Shown here one piece after another: positions 1 through 9,640 of a stretch of 64,000 bases of DNA. The stretch's first letter is position 1. Each line of letters opens with the position of its first letter. This DNA comes from Bdellovibrionia bacterium (lineage in GTDB: Bacteria; Bdellovibrionota; Bdellovibrionia; Bdellovibrionales; UBA1609), in NCBI GenBank assembly GCA_030432925.1, contig JAUILT010000001.1, positions 13,468 through 77,467 on the forward strand, given 5' to 3'. Position numbers and translations under genes: made by a program. The notes beneath the pieces are model-generated. The model was not told where the DNA came from. It saw nothing but the letters and a program-made list of their open reading frames with translations, and did no database searches.

Positions 1-601
1 AAAGAGAGAAACTCGAAGAACAAAGAGAATGACTTCAGTCAAAAAAAATCTAGAACTAGTCAAAAAACAACTCAATGACGCCAATCAGAATATGCGCCTA
101 GATCACTTGACCAAAGCCTTTAACAGAAAAAGCTTTGATGAACAGATTGAACAACAAATTCGGTTCTTTCAGGTAGCTCAGACACCTGCGACCCTTATTT
201 CAATGGACATTGATCACTTCAAAAAATTCAATGATACCTATGGGCACGCTATTGGCGACTTTATTCTAGTGGAGTGTGTGAAACTTCTCAAAGAATGTTT
301 TTCAAACGAAGGCGAATTTGTTGCCCGCACAGGGGGAGAGGAGTTTTGCGTAATCCTTCCTGATACAGGGTTGGATCAAGCCGTCAACAAAGCCAATAGC
401 ACTATCGAAAGAATTCGTAAAGAAACATGGCTAGAAGACGGTCACAAACTAAAGTTCACCATGTCCATGGGAATTGCTCAATTGATGGAGACCGAGTCTT
501 CAAATGATTGGATCAAACGAGCTGACGAGGCCCTTTATGCTTCAAAAAGTGGTGGTCGAAATAGGTATACCATTGCGTCTCATATCAAAACAGCTGCCTG
601 A
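1..601 (+). CDS. GGDEF-domain diguanylate cyclase, C-terminal part (5' end lies outside the window)
   Basis: The reading frame is open from nt 2 to the first ATG at 29. GGDEF core motifs are present: 'DIDHFKKFNDTYGHAIGD', 'RTGGEEFCVILPD', 'ADEALYASKSGGRNRY'. Confidence 0.85.
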   Translation, partial: KRETRRTKRMTSVKKNLELVKKQLNDANQNMRLDHLTKAFNRKSFDEQIEQQIRFFQVAQTPATLISMDIDHFKKFNDTYGHAIGDFILVECVKLLKECFSNEGEFVARTGGEEFCVILPDTGLDQAVNKANSTIERIRKETWLEDGHKLKFTMSMGIAQLMETESSNDWIKRADEALYASKSGGRNRYTIASHIKTAA

Positions 602-808
602 TCTACAAAAAAGTACGCCGTATCTTTTTGCAACGATAGGCGTCTAAATTGATCTGGTACTTTATTTTTTTATTCAGTTGAAAAAAGGTTGAATTCTTGC
701 CATTCCCTTTGACAGTTGTGGTGTGGTTTTTCAATTGTAGGAACTCTTAGCTTCAAAAAGCTCTTAATAAGCCTATAGGCTGGCTTTGCCCTTGCACATG
801 TCTCGGGT

Positions 809-1807
809 ATGAAAACTAAAAATCTTTTACTCAAAGCTTTATTCGTTTTCAGTCCGTGGGCTCTTGGCAATAACCTTTCAACGCCTGTGATGCTAGTGGA
901 AAAGTCTGAAGATTTTTTCACATCTTCAACACTCAATGACTTACCCAATGTTTTTAAACTGCAACGAACATACCACTCTAGAAGTCTGCACAGAGGCCTT
1001 TTGGGGTATGGATGGTGTCTAAGTTTTGAAAAGGTGTTAATTAAGCAACCAGATGGCAGAATTGATCTATTTTCCTGTTCATCAGACCGCCCAGTGCGTT
1101 TTCAGTTCCACCACCAGAGCCAAAAACACTCTATATATAAATCAGGGAAATATCCAACCCACACCTTAATTCTTATGCACAACCAGATGATCGTCACTGA
1201 TGGCCAAAGTAACCAGTGGTATTTTGACAGTGGCGGCCATCTCCGACGCTGGCTTCTCCCCCAAAATCAGAGGTTCTACCTGACTCGAAGTAGAGACGGA
1301 ACCCCAGAACAACTGGCAGGCCCCTTTGGAAAAGTGCGGCTAGTGATAAATCAAGAAACCGGTCTCCTCGAAAAAATAGATTGGAACCAGAGAAGAATAA
1401 CCTACTCTTTTAAAGAGTTTCTCCTGACTTCTGTTAAAACCCCCTCCACTTTTTGGTCTTATCAATATGATTTCTCCCGTAACTTAACTCGCATTGAAAA
1501 AAACGGACAGCATATTAAGTCTATCTCCTACAACACTAGCAACGATGAAGTTCAACAATTGATTGAATCGTCCTATATATTGAAGTTGAATCCTGCAGGT
1601 CAGATCATTACTATGGAGCACCCAAAGAAAGGAAAAGTCACTTTTAACTATGATAATGCAGGAAGTATCATCAGAGTTTACTGGAAACAACAAGTCTGGA
1701 CACTGTCTGAAATTCAGGGGATGCCAAAGCGAGATCCCCGACAAATACAAATTGTGGAGTATCTACTCGTTGCCTCACGTGCCATCCAATCCCTGAAATC
1801 CCTTTAA
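809..1807 (+). CDS. secreted YD/RHS-repeat-like protein
   Basis: ATG start with signal peptide MKTKNLLLKALFVFSPWALG. It carries 'GYGWCLSFE' plus YD-type repeats 'WSYQYDFSRNLTRI' and 'TFNYDNAGSIIRV'. It ends 14 nt before the subtilase gene. Confidence 0.5.
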   Translation: MKTKNLLLKALFVFSPWALGNNLSTPVMLVEKSEDFFTSSTLNDLPNVFKLQRTYHSRSLHRGLLGYGWCLSFEKVLIKQPDGRIDLFSCSSDRPVRFQFHHQSQKHSIYKSGKYPTHTLILMHNQMIVTDGQSNQWYFDSGGHLRRWLLPQNQRFYLTRSRDGTPEQLAGPFGKVRLVINQETGLLEKIDWNQRRITYSFKEFLLTSVKTPSTFWSYQYDFSRNLTRIEKNGQHIKSISYNTSNDEVQQLIESSYILKLNPAGQIITMEHPKKGKVTFNYDNAGSIIRVYWKQQVWTLSEIQGMPKRDPRQIQIVEYLLVASRAIQSLKSL

Positions 1808-1821
1808 CTAGGAGAGATGAC

Positions 1822-2976
1822 ATGCGATCAATATTTATTTTTATATTTTTACTCACTTTTTATCCCTTACCAGAAGATCAAAAGAGTATTCAACAACGAT
1901 ATATTGACCAAATCAATGAATTCTCTCCCTCACCAAAACCTTCTTCCAAATGGGATCGCCAGTTAATTGAAATTGATCAGGCACGGCAGTTCCTCAAAAT
2001 ACACAAAACCATTGTAGTTGCAGTGATTGATACAGGAGTGGATCTAGTTCACCCTCTTTTGCAAGATAAGATCTGGACAAACCCAGGAGAAAGTGGTGTT
2101 GATATTCATGGAAAAAATAAAGCCAGCAATGGTATTGACGATGACAAAAATGGCTTTATCGACGATATTCATGGCTGGAACTTTGTCAACCACAATGGCA
2201 ATACTCTAGATACTCATGGCCATGGCACACATGTTTCAGGTATTATTGCTCAGTTGGCCCCCGAGGTAAAAATTCTTCCATTAAAATATTTTGACCAAAG
2301 TTCCAATGGAGAAAAGCACATGATCAATACCATAAAGGCCATTGAGTACGCCCGTAAAATGGGCGCGCATATTATTAATTATTCAGCTGGAGGACTTTCT
2401 GCAAATGCCTCTGAAAAAGCTGCTATCGAAAGAACCTGGAGACAAAAAATCCTATTTGTTGCAGCTGCTGGTAATGAGTCCTCCAACACTGATGTTGTTG
2501 GCTACTACCCAGCTGGCTATGACCTCCCAAATATCATCTCCGTGACAGCCATTAATTCTAAAACAAAAATTCTACCTTCCAGTAACTACTCTACAACCAA
2601 AGTTGACCTTGCCGCTCCTGGAGAAGATATCATATCCAGTCTACCTGGGGGTGGATATGGGGCTCTTACAGGCACATCACAGGCCACAGCCTTTGTCAGT
2701 GCCACTGCGGCTCTTTTGATGAGCCATCGTCCAGAAGTAACAGACCCTGAAGATATCATTCACTACCTGGTCCAGACTGGAGACTGGAACAAGAATCTGA
2801 AAAATAAAGTTCGCAACGCCTCCCGCCTGAATGCCCTTTATGCACTCACAATGGCCGGATCTGTTGTCAAAGCAGACAATAGAGATATCTATGAGCCCAT
2901 GGCTCAACAATTAAAAATAGTTCTTGATAACATTGACGAAACAACCATCCATCGAGCGCCTTCAGGAGAGTTTTAG
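1822..2976 (+). CDS. secreted subtilisin-family (S8) serine protease
   Basis: RBS AGGAGAG lies just upstream. The triad motifs VAVIDTGVD / HGHGTHVSG / GTSQATAF and the oxyanion motif AAAGNES are all present. Confidence 0.9.
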   Translation: MRSIFIFIFLLTFYPLPEDQKSIQQRYIDQINEFSPSPKPSSKWDRQLIEIDQARQFLKIHKTIVVAVIDTGVDLVHPLLQDKIWTNPGESGVDIHGKNKASNGIDDDKNGFIDDIHGWNFVNHNGNTLDTHGHGTHVSGIIAQLAPEVKILPLKYFDQSSNGEKHMINTIKAIEYARKMGAHIINYSAGGLSANASEKAAIERTWRQKILFVAAAGNESSNTDVVGYYPAGYDLPNIISVTAINSKTKILPSSNYSTTKVDLAAPGEDIISSLPGGGYGALTGTSQATAFVSATAALLMSHRPEVTDPEDIIHYLVQTGDWNKNLKNKVRNASRLNALYALTMAGSVVKADNRDIYEPMAQQLKIVLDNIDETTIHRAPSGEF

Positions 2977-3044
2977 AAGTTTTCTGCAAAACTGATTCTT
3001 ACTAACTACCCGTTACTGAAGCTGATGGTTTCTAGAAGCAGTCT

Positions 3045-3326
3045 CTATTTGTAGCGTTTGATCAAATGATATCCAAACTGAGTCTGGACAGGAGTAGAAA
3101 TCTCATCCACATTCAAAGAAAATGCCGCTTCTTCAAAACTGGGTACCATACGGCCTTTTCCAAATTCACCCAGGTCTCCACCCTGTTTGCCCGATGGGCA
3201 TTTTGAAAACTTCTGGGCTAAGTCTTCAAAACTAGTGCCTTCCTCCAGTTTTTTCAGTAAATCCTGGGCTTCATGTTCAGCGTCGACAAGAATGTGCTTA
3301 GCAGCAACGGAATCCATATAATTCAT
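3045..3326 (-). CDS. ppiC: parvulin-type peptidyl-prolyl cis-trans isomerase (PpiC-like)
   Basis: 'HILVDAEHEA...CPSGKQGGDLGEFGKGRMVPSFEEAAF...TQFGYHLIKR' matches the rotamase fold. I chose the internal ATG at 3326 (MNYMDS...), which gives the usual ~93 aa and removes the overlap with the divergent ABC gene. The track ORF extends to 3458. Confidence 0.8.
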   Translation of the reverse strand: MNYMDSVAAKHILVDAEHEAQDLLKKLEEGTSFEDLAQKFSKCPSGKQGGDLGEFGKGRMVPSFEEAAFSLNVDEISTPVQTQFGYHLIKRYK

Positions 3327-3442
3327 CTCCTGAGTCAGTTGAAAAACGCCTATTATAGCTACTCCAGTGAATTTGTCACGTTTTGCGCAAGCCGACATTT
3401 TACTTGGGTCCCACTTAACTTTCATGTAAATTCCCCACTGGG

Positions 3443-5212
3443 ATGACAAAAAATTCAACAGCCTTATTTCAACTGCTTTTTCATATGAAATCTCATCGTC
3501 TCCAGGTGTTTCTGGCTACTTTGTGTTCAGTGATTAACAAACTTTTCGATATTATGCCGGAAATCCTTATAGGTATGGCCATAGACGTTGTGGTTCGAGG
3601 TAAGGAGTCCTTTCTTTCTCAATGGGGAATTCATGAACCCTGGCAGCAAATTCTAGTACTTGGTGGACTGACATTTTTTATCTGGGTGGGGGAATCAATT
3701 TTTGAATACCTATATATGATTCTTTGGAGAGGCCTTGCTCAGATGGTCCAGCATGACCTTCGCACGGAGACCTACTCTCACCTTCAACAACTGGATCTTC
3801 AGTTTTTTGAGGATCAATCTTCTGGAAACTTGACCACTATTTTGAATGATGACATCAACCAATTAGAAAGATTCCTTGATGGAGGAGCGAATCAAATCAT
3901 TCAGACCATCACTGCTGTTATTGGAGTGGGTGCCGTTTTCTTTTATCTCTCACCATCCATTGCAGTAGTGGCTTACCTACCCATTCCAGCCATCGTCTTT
4001 GGAGCTTTTTATTTTCAGAAAAAAGCCACTCCTCTTTACACTGAAGTAAGAGATAAAGTTGGTACCCTTGGAACTCGCATCAGCAATAATATCTCAGGAA
4101 TACAAACTATAAAAAGTTTCACCCAGGAGGCTCGGGAGTCTGACACACTCAAAAAAGAAAGTGCTGATTACGTGGAAGCCAATAAAAAGGCCATTGCCGT
4201 GTCTTCGGCTTTTATACCCGTGATTCGTATGGGAATTCTTTCTGGGTACCTGGCTACTTTTTTATTAGGCGCCCACTATGTTCTTACAGGCACTTTGGAG
4301 ATTGGTGCCTATGGCGTTCTTGTGTTTCTCACCCAACGTCTATTATGGCCTCTGACTGGAATTGCCCAAACTGTGGACCTATATGAAAGAGCCATGGCCT
4401 CTACAAGACGAGTTCTGAACCTTCTTTATCAACCCATCCATATTGACGATGGAATGATGTCTGCTGAAACTCTGAAAGGAGAGATAACCTTTGAAAGCAT
4501 CCATTTTGCTTACTCCTCAGGCCCTGAAATTCTTAAAAATCTAAGCTTCCAGGTCCCTGCAAAGCAAACTATAGCCTTTGTAGGCTCCACCGGTTCCGGA
4601 AAAAGTACTCTCATTAAGCTTCTATTGAGGTTTTATGAGCCCCAATCCGGCAGAATTCACCTGGATGGTCGCCCACTGGAGGAATACCGGTTAAAAGACC
4701 TTCGAAAAAATATCGGACTGGTCTCTCAAGACGTGTTTTTATTCCACGGAACAGTTCGTGAAAACCTCCTCTACGGACAGCCAGAGGCTTCTGAGGCAGA
4801 CCTTTTGAATGCTGCCTCAAAAGCTGAAGCCATAGAATTTATTGAAAAGCTCCCCAAAGGTCTGGACACCATTATTGGAGAAAGAGGGCAAAAGCTCTCT
4901 GGAGGGCAAAGGCAACGCCTATCACTTGCCCGAGCCATCTTAAAGAACCCTCCCATTTTGGTACTTGATGAAGCTACAAGTGCTGTAGACAATGAAACGG
5001 AAGCTGCCATCCAGAGATCTCTTTCTAAAGTATCCAAAGACAGAACTGTCATTGCCATAGCCCACCGGCTCTCCACCATCGTCAATGCAGATATAATCTA
5101 TGTACTAGAAGATGGGTGTATCCAACAAAAGGGACGGCATCAAGATCTCATGAAAAACCCTGGTGTATATAAAAATCTCTGGAGTGTTCAAACGGGCTCT
5201 GCCAACATTTGA
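3443..5212 (+). CDS. ABC exporter, fused permease/ATPase (MsbA/MdlB-like)
   Basis: The N-terminal half has six hydrophobic segments. Walker A GSTGSGKST, signature LSGGQRQR and Walker B ILVLDEATS are present. Confidence 0.9.
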   Translation: MTKNSTALFQLLFHMKSHRLQVFLATLCSVINKLFDIMPEILIGMAIDVVVRGKESFLSQWGIHEPWQQILVLGGLTFFIWVGESIFEYLYMILWRGLAQMVQHDLRTETYSHLQQLDLQFFEDQSSGNLTTILNDDINQLERFLDGGANQIIQTITAVIGVGAVFFYLSPSIAVVAYLPIPAIVFGAFYFQKKATPLYTEVRDKVGTLGTRISNNISGIQTIKSFTQEARESDTLKKESADYVEANKKAIAVSSAFIPVIRMGILSGYLATFLLGAHYVLTGTLEIGAYGVLVFLTQRLLWPLTGIAQTVDLYERAMASTRRVLNLLYQPIHIDDGMMSAETLKGEITFESIHFAYSSGPEILKNLSFQVPAKQTIAFVGSTGSGKSTLIKLLLRFYEPQSGRIHLDGRPLEEYRLKDLRKNIGLVSQDVFLFHGTVRENLLYGQPEASEADLLNAASKAEAIEFIEKLPKGLDTIIGERGQKLSGGQRQRLSLARAILKNPPILVLDEATSAVDNETEAAIQRSLSKVSKDRTVIAIAHRLSTIVNADIIYVLEDGCIQQKGRHQDLMKNPGVYKNLWSVQTGSANI

Positions 5213-5326
5213 ATTTTAGGTAACTATTGATCTCTGGTTTCATTCTGGATAGAGCATGATAAACTTTATCCCCAACACAATGCTGACTGGACACAAATAC
5301 CCCATCACCTATAAGCTCTCACGCTT

Positions 5327-5968
5327 ATGAAAGATCAGATTGCCTTTTTTCTTCTAGCACTAACAAGCATCTTCACCGTGGTAAACCCATTTGGAGCCAT
5401 GACTATGATTGCTTCATTGACTGCTGGCCTTACGCAAAATGATCACAAGGAAATTGCTAAAAAAGCCTCTTTAGTTGGTTTCTCTACAATGCTGTCATTT
5501 GCCTTTGCCGGAGAGTTTATATTCAACTTTTTTGGTATTTCTGTTTATGGTTTAAAAATTGTGGGTGGAGTTTTATTTTTTATTTCTGGCTACGACATGC
5601 TTCAAGGAAAAGAGTCTCGAACAAAAAGTGTGGATACCGAAGATACCGACGGCCACTATGGTACAGCTATCAGTCCCTTAGGTATTCCCACGATCTGCGG
5701 ACCAGGTTCCATTACTGCCAGTACAGTTCTTGTCAAACAATCCCAAGGTTTTATTGGAGTGGCCTCTGTCATTACAGCTATTTTAATTGTAGGAGCCAGC
5801 ACCTATTTATTTTTACGCAACTCCCGTAGACTTTTGCGGTTGATTGGTCCCAGTGGCAATAAGGTTTTTATGCGTCTGATGGGGTTGATTATAATGATGA
5901 TTGCTGTGGAGTACTTTTTCTCAGGCTTGGGCCATTACACTCAGCAAATCGGCCTTAATAAGCACTAA
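5327..5968 (+). CDS. MarC-family (UPF0056) integral membrane protein
   Basis: 213 aa and polytopic, with 'IFTVVNPFGAMTMI' typical of MarC-family N-termini. Confidence 0.7.
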   Translation: MKDQIAFFLLALTSIFTVVNPFGAMTMIASLTAGLTQNDHKEIAKKASLVGFSTMLSFAFAGEFIFNFFGISVYGLKIVGGVLFFISGYDMLQGKESRTKSVDTEDTDGHYGTAISPLGIPTICGPGSITASTVLVKQSQGFIGVASVITAILIVGASTYLFLRNSRRLLRLIGPSGNKVFMRLMGLIIMMIAVEYFFSGLGHYTQQIGLNKH

Positions 5969-5996
5969 AAAACCAGCCTCCAAAAAAAGGCTGGTT
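5966..5996 (-). terminator. rho-independent terminator between convergent MarC-like and csp genes
   Basis: Perfect 9-bp stem aaccagcct / aggctggtt (5971-5979 / 5988-5996). On the minus strand it is followed by a T-run (the complement of 5966-5970 'taaaa'). It lies downstream of the csp stop. Confidence 0.65.
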
Positions 5997-6031
5997 GACT
6001 CATTTCCAAGATATAAGGAAGTGATCGGAAA

Positions 6032-6232
6032 CTACTTTCCTGTCACTTTAACGCCGATAGCACATGGGCCTTTTTTCCCTTGCCCGACTTCATACTCTAC
6101 TTTGTCACCATCTTGAGGCTCCTGCCCACCTTGAACCTCAGAAATATGGAAGAAAATATCATCTCCGCTTTCCTGAACGATAAAACCGAAACCTTTACTT
6201 GCGTTAAAGAACTTAACTGTACCTGTACTCAT
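6032..6232 (-). CDS. cold-shock protein (CspA family)
   Basis: 'MSTGTVKFFNASKGFGFIVQESGDDIFFHISEV' contains RNP1/RNP2-like motifs. I chose the ATG at 6232 (66 aa); the track ORF adds 15 unlikely residues. About 200 nt of non-coding leader lies upstream, as is usual for csp genes. Confidence 0.9.
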   Translation of the reverse strand: MSTGTVKFFNASKGFGFIVQESGDDIFFHISEVQGGQEPQDGDKVEYEVGQGKKGPCAIGVKVTGK

Positions 6233-6446
6233 TAAAAAATACTCCATGTAATTGTTATTGTCCCTAAAAGTTACCATAGAATATCAACGGGAACGAATAA
6301 ATCTTAAAACCCGTTGGAAAATTTAAAAGGATCCAATGTTAAATCTGTTAAGATCTTGAAAAGATAGTGAAATTGCTAAAATTTCTTTTAAAAATACAAT
6401 TATTTATAAGGCTTCTGACCAAAGTATAAAAATTTAACACTTCGCA

Positions 6447-7535
6447 TTAATAAGTGACTATACCACTTTCTATAGGTCTATTTTTTTGAAGATTCAGCAG
6501 AGCTTGCATCACCACATCGGCGGCTTCTGAGGTTTTAAGATAAGGAAGGTAGTGATCAGAACCTCTCGATACCAATACTGGAAAGCCAAAATGACCTGCT
6601 ACACTTTCAATTTGCCCTGCTGGCACCAGTTGATCATTGTCACTACGAACAATAAGCATAGGAATCCCCAACTCTTGTATCTGCTGAAAGTCTTGCATGA
6701 TTTCAGCATGCTCCATTCCTATCAATTTTTGGCGAAGACCTTCTAGAACCTCTGAATCATCGACACCTAACTCTTCAGACAAAATCTTGTGAACCATCCG
6801 TTGATCATGAATATTCATATACATTTTGAAAGTTGATAAAGCCCACTTAGTTCCTGCTTCTTCAAGCAAAGATGCTGTGATACCTGCAGCCACACCTACC
6901 CCAGGCACCCAGCCCCAAAGCGTGTGTATCATGCGAAAGCCTGAGCTAAGAGCTTTTCCATGAAGTTGAGCATAATAATCTGGAATCCAACCCACGTAAG
7001 GGTTGAACTGAATAATACCAGCAAACCGATAATTTTCATGATAGGCCCTCACAAACCGGGAACTCACCAAAGTCCCTCGCGAATGATTGACAAAAAGTAA
7101 TTTTTTCCGAAAATGCTTTTTTGTAAACCCAAGATGCTCCAGTAGAGCATAAAGAAGTTCTGCATCTTCTTCAGGGGTCGGAGCTTCAAAAGGCCCTGTG
7201 CCGTTAATATTAATTAAGTCTAAGGATATGGCTTGCTCCCCCCGCTCACCAATAACTTCAACCATCTCTTCAAAGGAACCCTTATTTAGCCCTGGAATGA
7301 CAACTATTAAATCCTTACTTTTTAATAGGCGCTTCCTATTGGTAATAAAGCTCACCTTTAGAGGTTGCCCCCGAAACGTTGTAACAAAGCTCTCTTTGTA
7401 AGTTTTGGAGAAACTCCTTTTGCTTACTAAATCTGCACAGATAAAGCTTTGCTTCTCTAAGGGAGAAGTTGCATACAAACTTTGAGTCCATAAAATAAAA
7501 GATAAGAAAATAAAAATAGACCCCTGCCCCATCAT
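6447..7535 (-). CDS. secreted alpha/beta-fold hydrolase (putative)
   Basis: Signal peptide MMGQGSIFIFLSFILWTQSLYA. Nucleophile-elbow-like 'VNHSRGT', with a late 'SDNDQLVP' and 'GSDHYLP' (candidate Asp/His). Confidence 0.5.
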   Translation of the reverse strand: MMGQGSIFIFLSFILWTQSLYATSPLEKQSFICADLVSKRSFSKTYKESFVTTFRGQPLKVSFITNRKRLLKSKDLIVVIPGLNKGSFEEMVEVIGERGEQAISLDLININGTGPFEAPTPEEDAELLYALLEHLGFTKKHFRKKLLFVNHSRGTLVSSRFVRAYHENYRFAGIIQFNPYVGWIPDYYAQLHGKALSSGFRMIHTLWGWVPGVGVAAGITASLLEEAGTKWALSTFKMYMNIHDQRMVHKILSEELGVDDSEVLEGLRQKLIGMEHAEIMQDFQQIQELGIPMLIVRSDNDQLVPAGQIESVAGHFGFPVLVSRGSDHYLPYLKTSEAADVVMQALLNLQKNRPIESGIVTY

Positions 7536-7680
7536 GCTCCCCAGTCTCCTAACCAGTCATTACAGCAATCTTTGGATAAGTGCCAGAAGTAACTGAAAGT
7601 ACAAACTCCCATTGTAAATCTTATGGGTAAAACCAAATATAGCCTTTCCCCTAAGATAAAATTCGTCTAAATTAAACCTC

Positions 7681-8211
7681 ATGGGAAACTCAAATAAACA
7701 AAAAGTCCATATTTTGACCACTGGAGGGACCATTGAAAAATCCTATTGCGAAGCAGATGGCTCTATTAAAAATATGGAGTCCCAATTAAAGGCCCGGCTT
7801 CTGAGCCGACTTCGTCTGCCTCACACTGATTTTTGGGTCGAAGAGGTGATGGCTAAAGACTCACTGGACATGACTGAAGATGACCGAAAAATCATTCTTA
7901 AACGGATTCAGGTTAAGTTTCCAGATGGTAACCCTGTGGTGGTGCTACACGGAACGGACACCATGGAAAAAACGCTGAGATATTGCTACAAAAACATGAA
8001 GCGCCCACCAATAGCAGTGATCTTTACAGGAGCTATGACTCCCGCTGGTTTTATTGACTCCGATGCTCAACAAAACTTCACAGAAGCACTTTTTGCCTCT
8101 CAGATTGTCCCTCCAGGGTTCTATATCTCCTTTCATGGTGCCTTGTTTGAAGCTCCCAATGTAACTAAAAATCATATACTGGGAACCTTCGAAGAGTCGG
8201 CTTTTCAGTAA
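7681..8211 (+). CDS. asparaginase-family protein, N-terminal domain only
   Basis: Both asparaginase signatures are present ('ILTTGGTIEK', 'VVLHGTDTM'). The ORF stops at 176 aa. Confidence 0.6.
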   Translation: MGNSNKQKVHILTTGGTIEKSYCEADGSIKNMESQLKARLLSRLRLPHTDFWVEEVMAKDSLDMTEDDRKIILKRIQVKFPDGNPVVVLHGTDTMEKTLRYCYKNMKRPPIAVIFTGAMTPAGFIDSDAQQNFTEALFASQIVPPGFYISFHGALFEAPNVTKNHILGTFEESAFQ

Positions 8212-8313
8212 TTTCTACATAAATGTCTAATCTTACTACACATATTGTCTATTTTTTTGTACTTCGCTCTCTGAAGTTTAAAGACCATAAAAACTGAGGG
8301 GAGAACTTTACCA

Positions 8314-9207
8314 ATGACAATAAAAAACCTTGTTCTACTACTATCACTGGCTCTACCAACCATCACCTGGGCGGCAAATCTGGACGATGTATTAAAAGTT
8401 GATAACGGTCAAGTACTGCTGGAAAATAACGATGCCGGAGAAAAGGTTTATGGCAATGAGGTTTCCGAAGATCTCTTTCAGCCCACACATCACAAGTATT
8501 TTCACTATAAATTAAGTTTTGAAAACGTCACCAAAGTGATCACTCCAGAGGTTGAGGATGCTTTTGATCTATTTATTTTTGCCAATGTTTCCTATCAGGC
8601 CTATGGCAGCCCCAATGATGAAATCCCCTCGCAACGGATGAGAATTTACCGAAAGCCCACCTCCAGCACACGTATTTTTAACCGCGGCATGAGAGGCAAT
8701 ATTCTGCCTCATAACCCGGTCTCAGCTTCAGCCTTTGGAACTTCAAGTCACAAACCAGCTTTAGCAGGGTTGCCCGGAGAAATCCCTATTTCTTCGGGAG
8801 CTGGACACCTTGGAAGTTCTTATGTTGATACTTTTAGTGGTGTTTTTCGGATGAATCACAAAAAGTCTCGAACTCATCGCCATCAGGATGGAATGATTCA
8901 CTCTCTGTATGTGGACATCAAGTATCCTTGGGGGAAGTCCTCAGGAATCGCGGTCCATGGAACACCCAAAAATAATTACAAATATCTTGGCCAACAGGCC
9001 TCCCACGGCTGTATTCGTGTAAAACAAACAGTATCCCTTCCATTGTATGAGTATGCTATGGGACGCAATCTCTATGACTCCAATCTTTTAGATTTTTCTC
9101 GTAGCCAAAGACTTCCTACCGGACCTTTAAGAAATCCACGCCCCGGTCAGCGGGTTTTAATGGTTTTCTTTTATGGTTATAATGGCAATCAAGGGCTTGA
9201 TTTTTAA
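8314..9207 (+). CDS. secreted L,D-transpeptidase (YkuD domain)
   Basis: Signal peptide with a GAGGGGA RBS. Catalytic motif 'HGTPKNNYKYLGQQASHGCIRV'. Confidence 0.75.
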   Translation: MTIKNLVLLLSLALPTITWAANLDDVLKVDNGQVLLENNDAGEKVYGNEVSEDLFQPTHHKYFHYKLSFENVTKVITPEVEDAFDLFIFANVSYQAYGSPNDEIPSQRMRIYRKPTSSTRIFNRGMRGNILPHNPVSASAFGTSSHKPALAGLPGEIPISSGAGHLGSSYVDTFSGVFRMNHKKSRTHRHQDGMIHSLYVDIKYPWGKSSGIAVHGTPKNNYKYLGQQASHGCIRVKQTVSLPLYEYAMGRNLYDSNLLDFSRSQRLPTGPLRNPRPGQRVLMVFFYGYNGNQGLDF

Positions 9208-9640
9208 TAAAAGGACACTCCCTTTGGATTTATTGCGACTGTTCTTCACATCATGGAGTTTTTTTGACCGCCCTGGCGACAGTTTCCGAACCCGGCTGAC
9301 TCTCTACCAAGATGCAACTCCAATTCTGGAGCAGAACTGGCCGGAAACTGTGAGCTTCAAGTGGTGGCAACTGATATTTAACCCGGCAGGAAATGACTGG
9401 CACTACTCTAAACAACTGGAGTCCTGTGCCGCAATTTTGTCTCAAAAATATCCTTCAGAGGACTTTCTCCAATCTCGTGAGTTTAAACAGTATCTCAATC
9501 ACATCCTTAAATATGTAGGGCCCAAAAGTTTCGATACCATATCAGTACTTCTGGAAGTAAAAAAATATTCTGCGAACGCTGATTTTCAAAGGCTCGTGTT
9601 CCTCACTTTACCCACCACAAATAAGAAGACCTTCATATGA
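9173..9640 (+). CDS. hypothetical protein
   Basis: ATG start; overlaps the upstream gene by 35 nt and the downstream gene by ATGA. No recognisable motif. Confidence 0.4.
   Translation: MVIMAIKGLIFNKRTLPLDLLRLFFTSWSFFDRPGDSFRTRLTLYQDATPILEQNWPETVSFKWWQLIFNPAGNDWHYSKQLESCAAILSQKYPSEDFLQSREFKQYLNHILKYVGPKSFDTISVLLEVKKYSANADFQRLVFLTLPTTNKKTFI

Noticed and set aside
3327-3458. N-terminal 44-residue extension of the parvulin ORF, and similar extensions on csp, rpmE, the REC-GGDEF gene and rnhA
   Set aside because: The extensions add non-homologous residues in front of canonical family N-termini and create overlaps with divergent genes. Internal ATGs restore the expected lengths.
5901-6116. 71-aa plus-strand ORF spanning the MarC 3' end, the terminator and antisense csp; also 670-948(-) and 38778-39143(+)
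   Set aside because: They overlap well-supported genes or terminators and have no RBS or motifs.
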